Of a stretch of DNA of 64,000 nucleotides, positions 1-13,875 are shown one piece after another. The notes below the pieces were generated by a model that had not been told where the DNA came from, did not search any database, and worked only from the letters and a program-made list of their open reading frames with translations. The DNA comes from Strigamia acuminata (taxonomy: Eukaryota): the NCBI GenBank assembly GCA_949358305.1, contig OX442314.1:29760001-29824000 (forward strand). The letters are read 5' to 3'. Positions within the stretch are counted from its first letter, which is position 1, and each line of letters starts with the position of its first letter. The translations under genes and the position numbers were made by a program.

Positions 1-513
1 ACAAGTACCGGTAGGTGTAAATTGTCATTTATGATGACAAAAATGGCAGTTTTGAATAAGAGCCGCGGCTTTTAATCGATAAAATACCGTAATAAGTTAG
101 TAGAGAGTTTGCGGGATGCATTTTTTCCTTATTTTGCTCCACGATACACTATTTTAGTGCCATATCGTAAGGGAAAAATCTTTAGTGTGGCGTATTCAAC
201 ACTAAATTAAAATATAGCGCAGCCAATCAGAATTGAGAACACTATATTGTTAGCTCCGCCCATTGCAAATGGCGATTATTTTGTTGTCTCGATAAAACAC
301 ATCACAGTCATAGGTACGTAGATTGAATGATAAGTGAGGCCCAAAACCATACTGTATAGGGATAATAACGGAATTTTATGCAGGAATTTGAGCATTTAGC
401 CCCCAAATTGAATTTTTAGCCCCAAAATTATTAACTGTTAGTAGTTGGCTGAAATAGTGTAGTGAAAAGTGGAGCCCGCAAAAACTTAATTTTTCATTTT
501 TTCCTTACACAAC

Positions 514-565
514 ACCCCTGGACTTCTTCTTGTAGGGTTATATGAAAGATATTCTATATGTTGCC
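514..565 (+). pseudogene. Short decayed Tc1/mariner-superfamily transposase fragment
   Basis: Hand translation reads PLDFFL*GYMKDILYV, matching the PLDFFLWGYxK..VY motif near the C-terminus of mariner-like transposases; contains an in-frame stop. Confidence 0.55.
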
Positions 566-2681
566 TTAAAACATCGCGCGGGAGAAATCTCTATTTTGGA
601 AAAGCCGAGCAATATCAAAACTCTTGCCAAATTGTTACAGTTATGTTTGCAATAAAGGAAGTAGTCAAGATAATATATGTTGTTTGGAATGATATGTTTG
701 AGCAATGAACAGAACATAACACTTACCACCTAATCTAAAATTTAGTAATAAAAACCAAACTGCGCATGTACAAAACCATGCAATAAAAATCCATGCATAT
801 CCAGTGATTACTGCACTGTGTGTGACAGTAAAACGCTTAAAAATTCACAAATTCCATTAAACTTTTATTTTGATCTGACTTAAAGTTTTGGACAAGTTTT
901 TGTTTTGTAAGGAACATGAAGACTTAACATTTTGTTTATTCATCAATGTAAAAGTTCATCAAATTTATTTATCCATAACTTTTGAACTCATGAAGTTCGT
1001 AACACAATAATTTTTGTCATTTTTCCAAACGTATGAAAAGCAGTCGTAGACAACACACTAACACGAAAACCATCAAAATACAGTTCTTCTGTGACATCAT
1101 TGTGAGGTAATTTCTTTTCGACTTAACCGTGCGTAAGTTGGGCTTCTCTGCATTTTTAATGGCGCTTCGCTTCTGCATGTGACATATTGTCATCTGGGAT
1201 ATAAAGTTTTATTCTCATGGGGTTTTCTGAGGTTCTGACTGTTATTGAGCAAAACGTGCGAAAAGACGTGTTTGGTTTGGCTGGTGGTTGCCACTTGACC
1301 TTTGCTGTACATGCAGTTTGTTGTCTTTGCTGCGCCAATGTGCTAGACCGCTTCTATTATCACATTTTCTAGAATTCAGTATTATTCAGTCTGCAGAGTA
1401 AACATGAAAGTGTTTACCATATTCTACCTTTGTGTGTTTTCACTTCCATTTATTTATCAAGCAGACGTAAACATGAATCTCTGGAATTTGTTATTCGATT
1501 TTAAAAGTTTGCAATTTTTATTTCATTTTTTTTTGTCATTGTTGTTGAAAACCTTTGTTGGTTTGTTTATCACTTTGTTTCTTTTTTTTTTTGTAGTGAA
1601 AAATAGTGTTTTTTCTTTTTTTTTTTTTTTTCTTAAAGTATTTTAGTCTGGGAGAAACATCTGGAAACTGCAATTTCAATCCTTTTATATGATCTTTTCT
1701 TTGTTGTTGTAAAATACTGTGTTATTGTTTCTAGTCTGTGTTGAAAATGGTTTTAAATTTGGAATTTGTTATTGTGAAACTTAAAGTGATTTTTTTTTTT
1801 TTTTTTTTTTTATATTTATTTATATTTTATTTTGTTTTTCTCATGCATCCATTAGCATTGGTGAAAATCTTTCTGAGTATTTTAACATGCAAACCTTGCA
1901 ATGGTAGTTGATAAGTTTTTAAAGAATTTTTATGTAACATGTGCTTGCATTGGATGAATTAGTCATTAGTTTTTGACCTGCACATTTTGATGAACACTCC
2001 AAGATAAATTAAGTCTTGCTTTCTCACTTAATTTGAAGTAAAGCTAAAGTATGCAAAGTTAAGACTATTCAGGTACATTTTGGTTTTTGACAAAGCGCTT
2101 TCGGCTTTTCGAGACCATTGTGGCCTGGAATTTAATCTGTGCATCCTATTATGAAAATTAAGCCAGAAACAAAAAATCACTTAAGAATGACCCATCAAAG
2201 AAGGCTGATATGCAGTGCTTTTGGAAGTATCTAGATTACAAATTAATTAGATAATTATGTGTGTAAATGTGTATGCTTGTAATTAGCAAGCGTGCTTTTG
2301 CATAGCAATTGCTATAATGTTAAAACATAATAAGACCTATCAAAAGAAATTATTCAGAACATGGCTCTCTGGTCATGTGTTTATCAGATGTAAACCAGAA
2401 GGTCCAAAATACACATTTGTATGTGAAGATAAAAGGGCACAGCACAACAACAAGGGATAAAGAGACTCCCTTTATAAATGATCGTTTGATGCCGATTTTG
2501 CTGATTTCAGCAGAGGAAGCCAAACTGGTTAAGATAGGCCACAGAGGAATGCAGGGTGTGTGCAAGGGCCGATGCACCCATCTGAAATGAGTATACAATA
2601 TAAAAGTAATGGGTACTACTGACTGCATCTAGATATTTTTATCTTTTATAGGGACTCGATAAGTTTTAATTTTCATCAATA

Positions 2682-2925
2682 CAGTCGAAACTCTTTATAA
2701 CGAATTGCGATATAATTAGGGCTAGGATAAATGCATGAATGCATAAGAATTATTTTTATTCAATAAAAAGCCGAAATTGGCTATAAATGCATATTTTCCG
2801 AAAATCAGAAATAAATGCATAAATCGCCATTTTTCCAGGAAAAATAGGCGATTTATTTCTATTTTTAACGATGCGTAACATGTAAAAAATTTCGATATAA
2901 CGAATTCTCATTATAACGAATCGAT
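2682..2925 (+). mobile_element. Fragment (left end) of the pogo/Tigger-like MITE also found at 16183
   Basis: TA|CAGTCGAAACTCTTTATAACGAAT matches the TIR at 16183/16758; TATAACGAA subrepeats recur near 2890-2925; no right end found. Confidence 0.55.
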
Positions 2926-3748
2926 TTGTTTGCTCGTGGCGCCATTTTGAATGGCGGCGGCCCTGCTGATTTTGCTGATTTTTTCATGCAGTGAATCTCC
3001 AGTTTTAGCCTATGGGATTGCAGCAACAAAGATCAACTGGTAGTCGTAGGAGGAAATTGAAGAATTAAACCTGGCAGATGGGTCTAACCAGTTGCCATGA
3101 GTAACCGATTGATTGATGAATGGAGGGGATCTTGAAAGCTTTTGTGTACTAGGCCGAAGCGTGGCTTAACATGGGCGTCCCCAGGCCCACAGTTCTAGAA
3201 TAAACCCTGACAGTTTAAGGTTTATTTAAATCAATCAGGAGGAAATGAAAGTAAATTTTCAAATGAAAAAAGTGAAAAAGTGAAAAAGATTCAGACTCAT
3301 TTTGGGATTCAGAAGATTTTGATATGAGATTCAGGAATAATGAAGAACAAGTCACCGTGAGATGCAAGATTCAGTTATTAAAGATTTTGTTGGGATTCAG
3401 AAATATTCAGGCACAACCTCTGAAGGGCTTCCTAACCGCCATTTTTGTGTGAATCAATGTTTTCTTGTACAGATTAGATACAGGTACCATCTGTTGTTGC
3501 AATATTACATTTTTATATTGAAAAATGGCAGTCATTACAACCACAGGCATTTACTCATTGTTGGCAATGTTAGATTTCAACTGTAGCCGGAAACTAAATC
3601 AAAACAGCATAAATCTTTATTTTATGAATTGAAAAAACATTTTCTTTAAAATACAAATAACATTACATCATTCCAATTATTAAAGTAATCAAACAAAAAC
3701 AAAACAAAACAGAACTACTTTTTCTGGTGGTAAGATAGTCTACAGTTA

Positions 3749-4361
3749 AGCCTAGTACTCATAACACCATTCCGTCCTTGGAATGGTAACATTAATCAAA
3801 GTTTCCTGCCAAGGGTGGTACTCATAAAAATATTGTTTAGACTCTGAATCACCCTTGCAAGTGGAAACGAATTGTTTCCGGCCCCGATGGTGCACGGAAA
3901 AAATTTAATTGTTTCAGACTCTGAATAAATTTTGTCTACCCAGAATTCCATTGTTTTTGATCTAAAATTTGCATCTGGTCACAGCCGGTTGCAAACAAAG
4001 ACACCCAACTACTACAATTGAACACGTTGTTTGTTGAAGGTTAGTAGAATTATATTTTTGCCTGCATTTCAGACAAAATAAATGCTTTTTTAATTGCAAA
4101 AAGACCAAAACTGATTTTAAAATTATTTAAGTCAGAAAAGTCGGACAAAGCTTCATTGCCATTGCCAGCCATTTGCAAAACAAGCAACAATGACTCACAC
4201 AGTTTAAGAGTACGGAAACTTTCTGGTGACAATTTCATGAGTACCACAAATTTATCAGACTCTGAATAATAAGAGGATAAAACATTCTGCTTGAAATGGT
4301 GGTGTTGAAAAATTAAGACTGTAAAAATATTTAGACTCTGAAAGCATATGAGTACTAGGCT
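3749..4361. mobile_element. PIF/Harbinger-type MITE, copy 1 (613 bp)
   Basis: Perfect 15-bp TIR AGCCTAGTACTCATA...TATGAGTACTAGGCT, flanked by 3-bp TSD TTA; highly similar second copy at 34546-35164. Confidence 0.9.
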
Positions 4362-5581
4362 TTAGGAGTAATGAGCACGACCCAATGGAAAATAGGCCAT
4401 TCTTATAGCGAGCCAGAGTATACAAGCCTAGGGAATCAGTGTTAAATATGTAGCACTAAATAAGAAAGCACATGAATCTAAAAAGAAATTTAGTGAACTA
4501 TTTGCACTCACAACATTCTGATTAAATTATGTGTCCATTAAAGTTCAATCAATTCAAGCCAAACAAACTAAACTAAACAAACAAACAAGAATAAACAGGC
4601 AGTAGCAAAAAAGGATCCAAAATGGCACAGCTGGCACAATCCAAATAGAAAGCAAGAAAAAGGAGATTTGGAAATCCCAACCAGATACACCGAAGCTTGC
4701 GTTTGGCTTCACCGGAGAAAGCCGCTAGGGCTTTGGGGTAACCACAAAGAGATAGAGAAAGATATTTGCCATTTTCCGATCCAAAATGCTATTTGTTATT
4801 GCTTTTAACTTGATTTCTCAAGGCAATAATAAGTATAATTAAAATTTTAATGCTTTTTCCCCCACTTCACCGCCGTTAGATAAGAATTTTTTCTCATCTA
4901 TCTCTTCCTTGCTATTTTATGTCTGATAAGCAGTTTTATTTTACAATTCAGCATTTCTAATGTACCTCTTTCATGAAGATTTGATTCTGGCTCAGATGGC
5001 AGCTTTTGTCAAGAGATTTTGAATGTCATCTATTACTTAGCTCCCTTCAATTTTTCATTTATGAAATTGAAGCCCTCACACTTGTAAAGTCTGGTGATTA
5101 CTTTTGCTGTGCAGGATGTGTAAGTTGGGGTTTCATGAGATGGAAAGTCTGAGCTATCAGTCCATCTATTGGCAAAATACTGAAGAAATCACTTGAGGAA
5201 AATGTCTGTACTTTTCAAGCAGTATCTCAGGAATCTTTCTCCTCTTGACTGGTGAATGTCAGCAAGTATGGCAGACAAATCTTTGTCAGGACAGGAATTG
5301 GAACCACTCAGACCAGACATTTGTCACAGATTGTTATCAGTGCCCACTACAGCAGGAATTGAGAGATTGTTTCCAATGTGACTTTGTTCGTTCGGCTAAG
5401 AAATTGGATCGACAATGATAAAGTCCCATCACGGTCCATTGGTGCTCAACAGGTTTAACCACCACTGAAATTAAACAGTGGAAATGAATTGTGTACAAAA
5501 AGTAAATATATAATTAATTGTAAAATACAATGCAATAAAATAACACTAAAACGACTTTGTTGAAAAATTTCTCCAGCTGTT

Positions 5582-5742
5582 TTTGAATTTGATGATTGAT
5601 TGTTAAGTCTGGACACAAAATGGCTTCCCGTACCTCAAGCGTTTGTATTTTGGCCTACTTTTATGTAGCCCTACACCAGTGAATAGGCTCGGCCAATAGG
5701 AACTGGTGTTAGTGATGTATCTTTAACGGTGAGCCTGAGTAT
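5582..5742. repeat. Interspersed repeat (probable DNA-transposon end), copy 1
   Basis: Near-identical to 26243-26398 (gtctggacacaaaatggcttcccgt...gagcc(t/a)gagtata); a related end occurs near 4380-4422. Confidence 0.75.
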
Positions 5743-7974
5743 ATGTTCGAATATACCTCTATGGTGTTATATTCAGATTTGTATAAAAATATTTAAACGT
5801 ACAGTGTATCGTTGTTTTTGTTAATTTATATATCTTTTTTGTTTTTTTAATTAGCATACTGAATACAAATTAATAGAATAAATAACAATTTTACTTTTTC
5901 GACAAACTTGCGTGATATTTGCTGAATATAACACCATAGTGTTGTATTCGATACAGTCAGTGACTTCGACACAGTCACTATACTGTGCCTTTTTTTACTT
6001 GTATTTCTGCTGCTAAAACTACAATTCTAAATTGAAATTAATGTGCTGAGTAGGGTTTCAGAATCAGGAGTTTCCGGCTCCGATTTTCCACAAAATTGAA
6101 TTTCAAGAATCATAAATCGTTGTACATTGTTTGACCATCCACTGCATCCAATTGGCACAGCGGTGGTGAAAATGATATTTATGTGCATATTCTCTAGCAA
6201 ACAGAGCAGTGGATGTGCAAACGACATGCTATAAAACATGGACATAGTGAATGCTGAATGCACAAACGATGTGACATCTTTATTTAAATATTTATATACC
6301 GAACTCCCAGGATTCTAAGAGCAATTGAAAAAAATTGTACATTTCTAGGGAATCTTAAAACACTAGGAAATACAAAGCCCTTGTGGTTAACCTATTTTGA
6401 TTGCTTATCTAATACTGCTTATTGACAATCTTGCTGAACAAGATCGCTTGTACCAGCACGCTGAATGGCCCGTGGGAGTTTGTACAGCAATCTCCAAGAG
6501 ATCTCAGTTTACCATACATAGTTTTATCATTACTACGGTTGCTTCACTAATGAATTTATTGGAGTATCCAGCTTTTAGCTCCTTAATAAGATAACAAAAG
6601 ACACACTTCTTCGTAAATTGTTGATTACAAGAATTGTCTGCAGAAGAGTAAAAGAAGTCAAACAATAATGCCGGTGATCTAGCATTAATGAAATTGTTTT
6701 GCAGTTCTTCGATTAATTGTTATCGGTTTTATTAGTTTGTTGCTTTGTTGTTGTATGTTTGTTTGGTTTATATTTAATCATTTTTATTTTTTTTAAATTT
6801 TGGATTGTTGTTGTAGAAATCCAACAGTAAATTGTTGTTACAATGCAAATCAGGACAAGAGAAATGAATAATTTAATGTTTTGAATTGTAGCCGCAGTTT
6901 GGCATCGGAGCGTAATTTAGGCAACGTTGACCTGTCAATTTAGAGAAGCTTGCTGGTTTCCCTATTCTGTCACCTGTACCTATACACACAGATGCAAATA
7001 ATGTGTTTCTCAATTGAAAACAGAGTTAAATTAAGTATCCGTCTTGGCGAGGATGGATGGATGGATCGAAATGTCGGCAAGTCAGCGCTTCTTCAGTGAA
7101 TGAGTGACTTCAGTTTTTAATAGCAATCAAAAAAGTTTTTATGAAAGTGGTTTTTTTTTAAAGAATGTCCTTTTATTTCATTAAAACTAGCATAGAGAAT
7201 AAAAGAATGTCATTGTCAAAAAGGAAATCAAGTGGCGACAAAATGGCTGCTTTTGGAGTGGTTCAAAACACACAATCTTCTAAAACACTTTGGGTTGTTT
7301 GCTAAAAGGCTACTTTTCAAGTGTTTGTGTTTTGGCGTGAATTAAGCCCATAAATACAATCAAATAGAGGAAGTGACTCAAACACAAACACTTAAAACAC
7401 GACTTTTTGAATGCAGGTGGCGTTTATTAATTCTTTATGTACGAAGTTTACCGAGAAGGTAAGAAGTGGCGAATTTGCATCCGGTCCCCAATTGGAGGAT
7501 TTACTGATTTACTAAAACATAGTTTTCACACCATTAAAAAGAAATTACATATCCTTTCCTGACAATAAATTATGTTTTTCAAGCAGTGCACCTTGTAGGA
7601 GGGAGAACATAATGGCATGCAGACCTTGACTTGGTTGCTGTTAGTTTTGCTTCTTAATTGAGTTAGAATTTTTAATGACTCCATTGGATGGACAAGTGCT
7701 TAATTACTTGAAAAACTTTAAACTCGTGTTAAGTACCTTTCTCATTAAAATGCGCTTGAAGTTACATTTCAAGTATGAGTTATTTTGCCTAGTGTCCACT
7801 AAAAATATTTTTAAAAGAATATAAATTTTAATTTTGCATTAAAATTGATGAAACCATTTAAAAAATTGAGTTGTAACTTCTGTTTTGCAGTTTTAGGCAA
7901 TGGTTTATGACTGTTTCTAGAACATTAATAGTGCGGCGGCGGTGATCGGTAATTGGCGGATGATCGGTAGTGTA

Positions 7975-8625
7975 GCTGTAGGAAAAAATATATGCGGGCC
8001 GGTTATGGTTTGGGTATAAGGGTGCGGTCGGATAGGGTGCGGTCGGACTCAAACCGAGTTCGGATTGAATTGAGTCGGATTCGGATGGTTCCAAATGAAT
8101 CTGATTTTTTTTTAATCGGATTTGATAATCCAAAATTTTATCCATATATTCTGGATAGGATTGGGGAAAAAAAACCGAAAGCGATCCTTATAATCCGAAT
8201 CTTTATTTGCTGTAAATGAAATAATTTTTTTTTCGTTTTTGGTGTTTATACCAAAGTGAGTGATTTAAATACACTTTATTTGAAAATCTTATGTTTTTTT
8301 TTTTACTTTTTACGACTTTTTTTGGTCATTTTTGCACTTAATCCAACTTTTATTGGTCATTTTTGCACTTAATCCAACTTTTATTGGTCATTTCTGCGCC
8401 TAATTTATCAGTTTTTGGTCATTTTTGTACTTAATTCATCAGTTTGAGACGTTTGGACATTTGGGACTCAATCCTATCTGCAATTTGCACTCGGTTTGAA
8501 TTGAATGAGGATAGGATTGGATGGGCCACCATTTTTTTTCGGATCGGATTAGATAATTGGTTTATTCATCCGAAATTTTTTGGATTGGATCGTATTTTTA
8601 AAAAATCCGATTGTGATCCAGGACG
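7975..8625. repeat. Repeat with dense TCGGAT/ATCCGA subrepeats and an internal ~31-bp tandem (about 4 copies, 8320-8440)
   Basis: Many tcggat/atccga motifs on both strands; ttttggtcatttttgcacttaatcca repeated; boundaries approximate. Confidence 0.5.
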
Positions 8626-9344
8626 ACGCAAACGACGTTTTGTTCGTAGAAACACCATAGAATCAATCACAACAGAGCGTAATGTGTTTTTCCACACTGC
8701 GAGCAGCCATTATGAGTTTGCGAGATCGCAGTTTGTCAAAAGTGGGTTTCGGTCCTCCGCTATCAGAGTTGGACATAATTAAGTGTCTGGCAGTAGACGA
8801 ATGTTCGTCCTAATGAAAGCGATGGAAAATGACACGTGGATTATTACGTCGACCCATAATTAATGACAGCCACAAGGATCTTTCCATCATTAGGGAGGCT
8901 GGATGAAATTCGATAACAAAGTTGTGGTTGAAAATCGATTTATTCGATTCATGTTTACGTGCTGAAGGTTGTTTTAAGTGGTGACGATGGTAAGATTAGT
9001 TGGAGTGGTTCAATTTCCAGACATGTCTGTCTGCACGAGCACCGCAGGAGTCAAATAACTGCAAGTAAACAATGGTATGATTTCTTGAGGGAGTTTGAGA
9101 AAATAAAACGTCGCAAATCTTAGATGGAACGATGTCATTTGAACCAATTGAAACGCATTTACTGTCTGCCGTGCTGGGTTTTTCGAAATTATTTATTGTT
9201 TAATGTTTGACAAGATGGCAGTGGAGAGAGTATTGCTCAGATAGTGGAGAGGCAATTGTTGGGTCAGGAAATGGATAACGTTACAGATTGGCTTTTTTTG
9301 AACGTTTGGGGTGATTTAGGGGTGTAAGATACAGAGTAAAAGAA

Positions 9345-9820
9345 TTTTTGATATTTAAAATATTAGGAAATAATTTTACACTTTAAAAATTAAAAATTTA
9401 CTGTTTTAAACGTTAGAGAATGATGTTTTACTTGAAAAATTGTAAACTTAACGTTTAATACGTCGGAAAATAACGTTTCACTTAAAGAAATTTTACATTT
9501 AACGTTTAATTCGTTGGAAAATGACGTTTCACTTTAAAAAATTCTAAATTTAACGTTTAATCCGTTAGAAAATGACGTTTCACTTTAAAAAATCCTAAAT
9601 TTAACGTTTAATACGTTAGAAAATGACGTTTTACTTCAAAAAATCCTAAATTTAACGTTTAATACGTTAGAAAATGACGTTTTATATAAAAAAAATTCTA
9701 AATGTAACGTTTAATACGTTAGAAAATGACGTTTCACTTCAAAAAATTCTAAATTTAACGTTTAAAACTTTAGTAAATATTGTTTACACTTTGAACAATT
9801 CAAAAGTTAACGTTTAAAAC
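9345..9820. repeat. ~51-bp minisatellite, about 9 copies
   Basis: Unit tttaacgtttaatacgttagaaaatgacgtttcacttcaaaaaattctaaa repeated head to tail, degenerate at the edges. Confidence 0.9.
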
Positions 9821-11454
9821 AATCTATAATGTCATGTAGGTTTAAAAAATTAAAGTTAGTTATGATTTCAAACGGTATAAAAGAATTTTGTTCCAAGCAT
9901 TATTTAGGTAATATAGCGTTACAAAACCTAATGTCAGGAAATCTCGTCACATTTTAAACCGTTGCGGTGTAAAATAACGTTTTCCACTCAAAACTTTTAC
10001 GATAAGTCTGTCAGTATATCAACCTTACATCTATTTTAACGATATTGAATATATATAACGTCCATTATGCACGGCCACGAGCCAAGCCAATAAATGTAGC
10101 AATAAATACTCGAAGTATAGCAGAGAAGTCAAAATGTCTTACAGCGAAGCTCAAGGGGGCAAAATCGAACCGCTTTTCTGATTATCTCATTAAATCATTA
10201 CAGACAAAAAAAAAAACAAAATAAATAAAAACCAAATACTCAGAATTTAATTTCCAAAGCATGATCCTCTTAAGCGAAGGCCAATCACATTTGTCAACTA
10301 AAAAAAAAAGCCATTAGCCGATCTGCTCCATTCAAGACTAAAACAACAGATCTGAGCATAATGATTTCCCCCCCCCTCCCCACACACCCCCCCATATCTC
10401 CCTCACACTTTTTATGTGCGAATATGAGTGAAATGGCACGTGATTCATTGGAAAGGAGGAGGAAATCGACATAAGTGGGAGTGTGTGCAAAAAAAAAGCA
10501 GAGACGGAAATTCTGGTCAAAAGAAAACGGAATTGATCGTTACCAAACGCCGCTCGACTGACCGTGTCTTCGAAGCAAAGTGAAACGCGGACTTTGAAAA
10601 GGCTTTTTTTTCTTTTCTTTCTTTCTTTTTATACCTCTCTTTCTCTCCCTGAGCACAATTGATGGATAGGGGTGGAGATAAGAGCCAATTTGTAGGAGTT
10701 GCAGGGGTAAAAGTATTTGAGAGAGACGAGAGAGAGAGCGGCTTTTATTCGTGGCAGCGCGTTCAAACTGAAATGTTTCATTCGATTTGCTCCGTTCGAA
10801 ATGGCTGTTGCAGGAGCCTTGAGCCAATGTCACATGCAAGGAGGAAATGTGTGCTGGAGTGTTGGTCAGGGGTACTGTCTACTGTGTAGCAAGTGGAGCC
10901 GTTGGCCGTGCGGCGCGGTTTTCAATTTATTTCCACCCGAGGTGTGGTTCGGTGTGGTGTGAAAGGTGGCTGGGTAATTGCGGAGGCTCTGTGGGAATTG
11001 ATGATTTAAAACGGTGCAAGGATTTAGAGCGTCTAGCAGATGTTGTTGTTGCTTTTATCAGATTAGCACTATCTGTATGGAAATTGTAGTTGATGTTTAT
11101 CGGTTGGGAGAAGTGTTGCGGTGCTCCGGGTCTGGATTATTCAATTGCAAGTTGCAGATGGTTGGTGGTGTTTGTAGGAGTGGAGTGGTTGTTGGGGTTT
11201 GAATAGTTTGTTAAAAAGATGTGTGGGCTTTTGTTGGGAGTTGGGATGTGGTTATTGTTGTTGTTGGGTAATGCGGGGATGGTGTGGATTTGTTGGTTTC
11301 GGGCGGACGGGATTTTGATTGTTTTTAATGTTGGGATTTTGCGTTTTTGTTTCGTTGTTGTGTTTGTTTTGATTTAAAAATTTGTAATAAAGCACCCTTC
11401 AAGTAACCCCGGGAAGAATTGTTGCAGTAAATCAGGTTGAGGCAGTGGTGTATA

Positions 11455-11835
11455 TCGTATACCTACGAATTGCCCGCGGGTCTCTAATAGCGCGCGGGAG
11501 CACAATTGGAGGCACAGATTTTTCGAAATGTGCCAAAAAAAGATGACAAATGAAACGTTTTGTATACGTAATTACCAAAACGTATGGAAAACTTTTCATT
11601 TGTCACAATTTTAGGTGTTTTTCGTTGCAGATACGTTCAATAAACCCAGCATTGGGCAATTGGCCAATTGGCCGATGCTGGGTTTAAATAGTCCGCGAGC
11701 CTATTTAATAACGCGCGGACCTCTATTTGTGCGCGGGCAAAATAATTTTTTTGTAATGAAAAACTGAAATCGAAGTTGTGGTCGAAAATTGCAGTCTTGA
11801 ATAGTAGCCGCGGCTCTCATTCGAAGGATTATAGT
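11455..11835 (+). repeat. Interspersed MITE-like repeat with an inverted copy at ~19560-19804
   Basis: gggtctctaatagcgcgcgg...gtatacgtaattaccaaaacgtatg...tttttcgttgcagatacgttcaa appears reverse-complemented at 19630-19790. Confidence 0.75.
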
Positions 11836-11924
11836 AGTTTGCAACACAGGAATACAGCATTGTTTGATGAAACTGAAACATTTATTGTTTGTTTTTATTT
11901 ATTATTTGGGATACACATTTTGTA

Positions 11925-12055
11925 ACAATTTCTTAAAATTGTTTTTAATTTTTCAAAATTTCTTGAAAATTGTTTTTCATTTATCAAAATTTCTTAAAAA
12001 TTGTTTTTAATTTATTAAAATTTTTTAGAAATCGTTTTTAATTTATCACAATTTC
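11925..12055. repeat. ~30-bp AT-rich tandem repeat, about 4 copies
   Basis: aatttcttaaaaattgtttttaatttatcaa repeated. Confidence 0.75.
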
Positions 12056-13058
12056 AGTGGTTTCGCCGTTGCATACTTGTTACTTCGCTGTCCGGAGGTC
12101 ATTAAATCGTTTAGTGTCGAAGACCGTTGAGGGAACTAGGTCTATCACATCTAAGAATTCGTAAAAGCTGCACGATCAATTCGTGCAAACTCGACATGAT
12201 GAGCTTGGTGTGTAGGACATTGTTCTCAGACATGCAACGACGCATGCATTTACAATTAACGTCTTTCTCGCCGGCTAAAGATTCCAACAGTTTAAAGGCT
12301 TCTAATTTTAATGTGCGAAGTCGTATGCGCATAGATTTAGGGCGAAGGCGAATGGTGTAGATTCAAGCTATCGATAGGAATAAAAATTGTATTTTGGTTT
12401 AAAAAAAAAATTTCTAGACATTCAGAATGAGACGATTTTCAGTCAATAATTAATACGGATCACATAAATAAGAAAAAAATTGAGACATTTATCGGATTTA
12501 AAAAGACTACAGACAAGACGCTTAAAATTTTTATGTAATAATACCCCGATCGCACTACAGAGTTAAGCTAGCTTAACTTTTTATAACTAGTTGTTTAAAT
12601 GTAGTGCGAACACAACTAGCTTATCCTAAGCTGGCTTATCATTTTTGAAACTAGATAAAATAATCTAGGTTTGGGAACTAGATTAGCTAGTTGTAAGCTA
12701 GCTTTACTGGCTTGTGATGTCATGCTACCCAGAATGCATTCCCATTGCAGAGCAAACCATCATGGCTACCATGTCAACCACATGGAGAATAATGAATAAA
12801 TACTCTGTAAATAATTTTGCTTCTGAATTTAAGTGAATACGCACAATTTTTATTTGATTTTTTAAATTGCAGATTCCATAATTAAATAAAATAAAAAAAT
12901 AGATAAAATAAAATTTAATTTGTTTGCATTAACTATTCCTGGTAATGTATGGACTTATTGTTGAGTAGTGTCTGGATAAGCCTTAAAATATGCTAGTAGT
13001 GTGGAAGGGTCTGGCTCAGCAACATAGGCTAGGCTAGCGATACACAAGCGATATAAAG

Positions 13059-13875
13059 CAGGGGTGCTCAAACTTTTTAGCGTTGCGACCCATTTTAAGA
13101 AAGGCGATCTTCCGCGTCCCATCTTCCGCATCGGTGCATTAAATTTTTTCAAAATGAACTACGACGCAGGTTGTTACAATTTTTCCATCCTACAAAATTC
13201 ATCACTTTGGGGAATTACAATAGCTATGCTCTGTCTGACCTTAAGAATAGAGAAAACTCCAGCCTTATTACTCCTAACTGTGGAGTGTGTGAACCCACAA
13301 GCTAAAGTAGTTCCTTTCTAGTTTGAATTTTTTAAATTTTTTTATTACTACATCAGTTAACTTGTATGTGGTGTGGTTTTGTGTATATTAACTAGGTAAT
13401 AAAATGTTATTTCTCTTCATCCAATTAATGTGTAGTCTGTTTGTATTATGATTCGCTTATTTTTACACTCTATAGGTTAATTTTTGCCGGAAGTCAACAG
13501 CATTTGAACTGGTTATTGCTTGTTTTGCCTGGAACGATTCCAAAATGTCGTCAAACAACTCCGGTAGTTGTTGTGTTGTTACTAAAACCTGGTGTTTTAT
13601 TAAAACCTGGTGTATTGTTCTACAAACCTCCATTTTTGGGAGTTTTGGCTGGTTTTTATAGGTTTTTGGAGAATTTTAGGTGGTTTGTTTGAAGATTTTA
13701 GAGGATTTTGTAGCTTTTCCTATCCTGTGTTGTATTGCACCCAACTACAGGCAGTAAGTTGGAATTGGAATCGACAAAAATAAAAAAAAAATATTGAGTA
13801 AAAAAATTTGGGAACGAAAATTTTGGGCGACAAAGTCATTGAACATTGTTGCGCCCCACAGTTTGAGAAACGCTG
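13059..13875. mobile_element. hAT (Charlie-like) non-autonomous element, 817 bp
   Basis: Imperfect TIR CAGGGGTGCTCAAACT / AGTTTGAGAAACGCTG; exact 8-bp TSD ATATAAAG at 13051-13058 and 13876-13883. Confidence 0.88.

Noticed and set aside
2350..5460. Exon-like fragments at ~2390-2590 and ~4950-5330 (also 12111-12360, 20150-20520, 24420-24960)
   Set aside because: Contain stops or lack consistent splice sites and recognisable motifs; probably decayed TE coding sequence.
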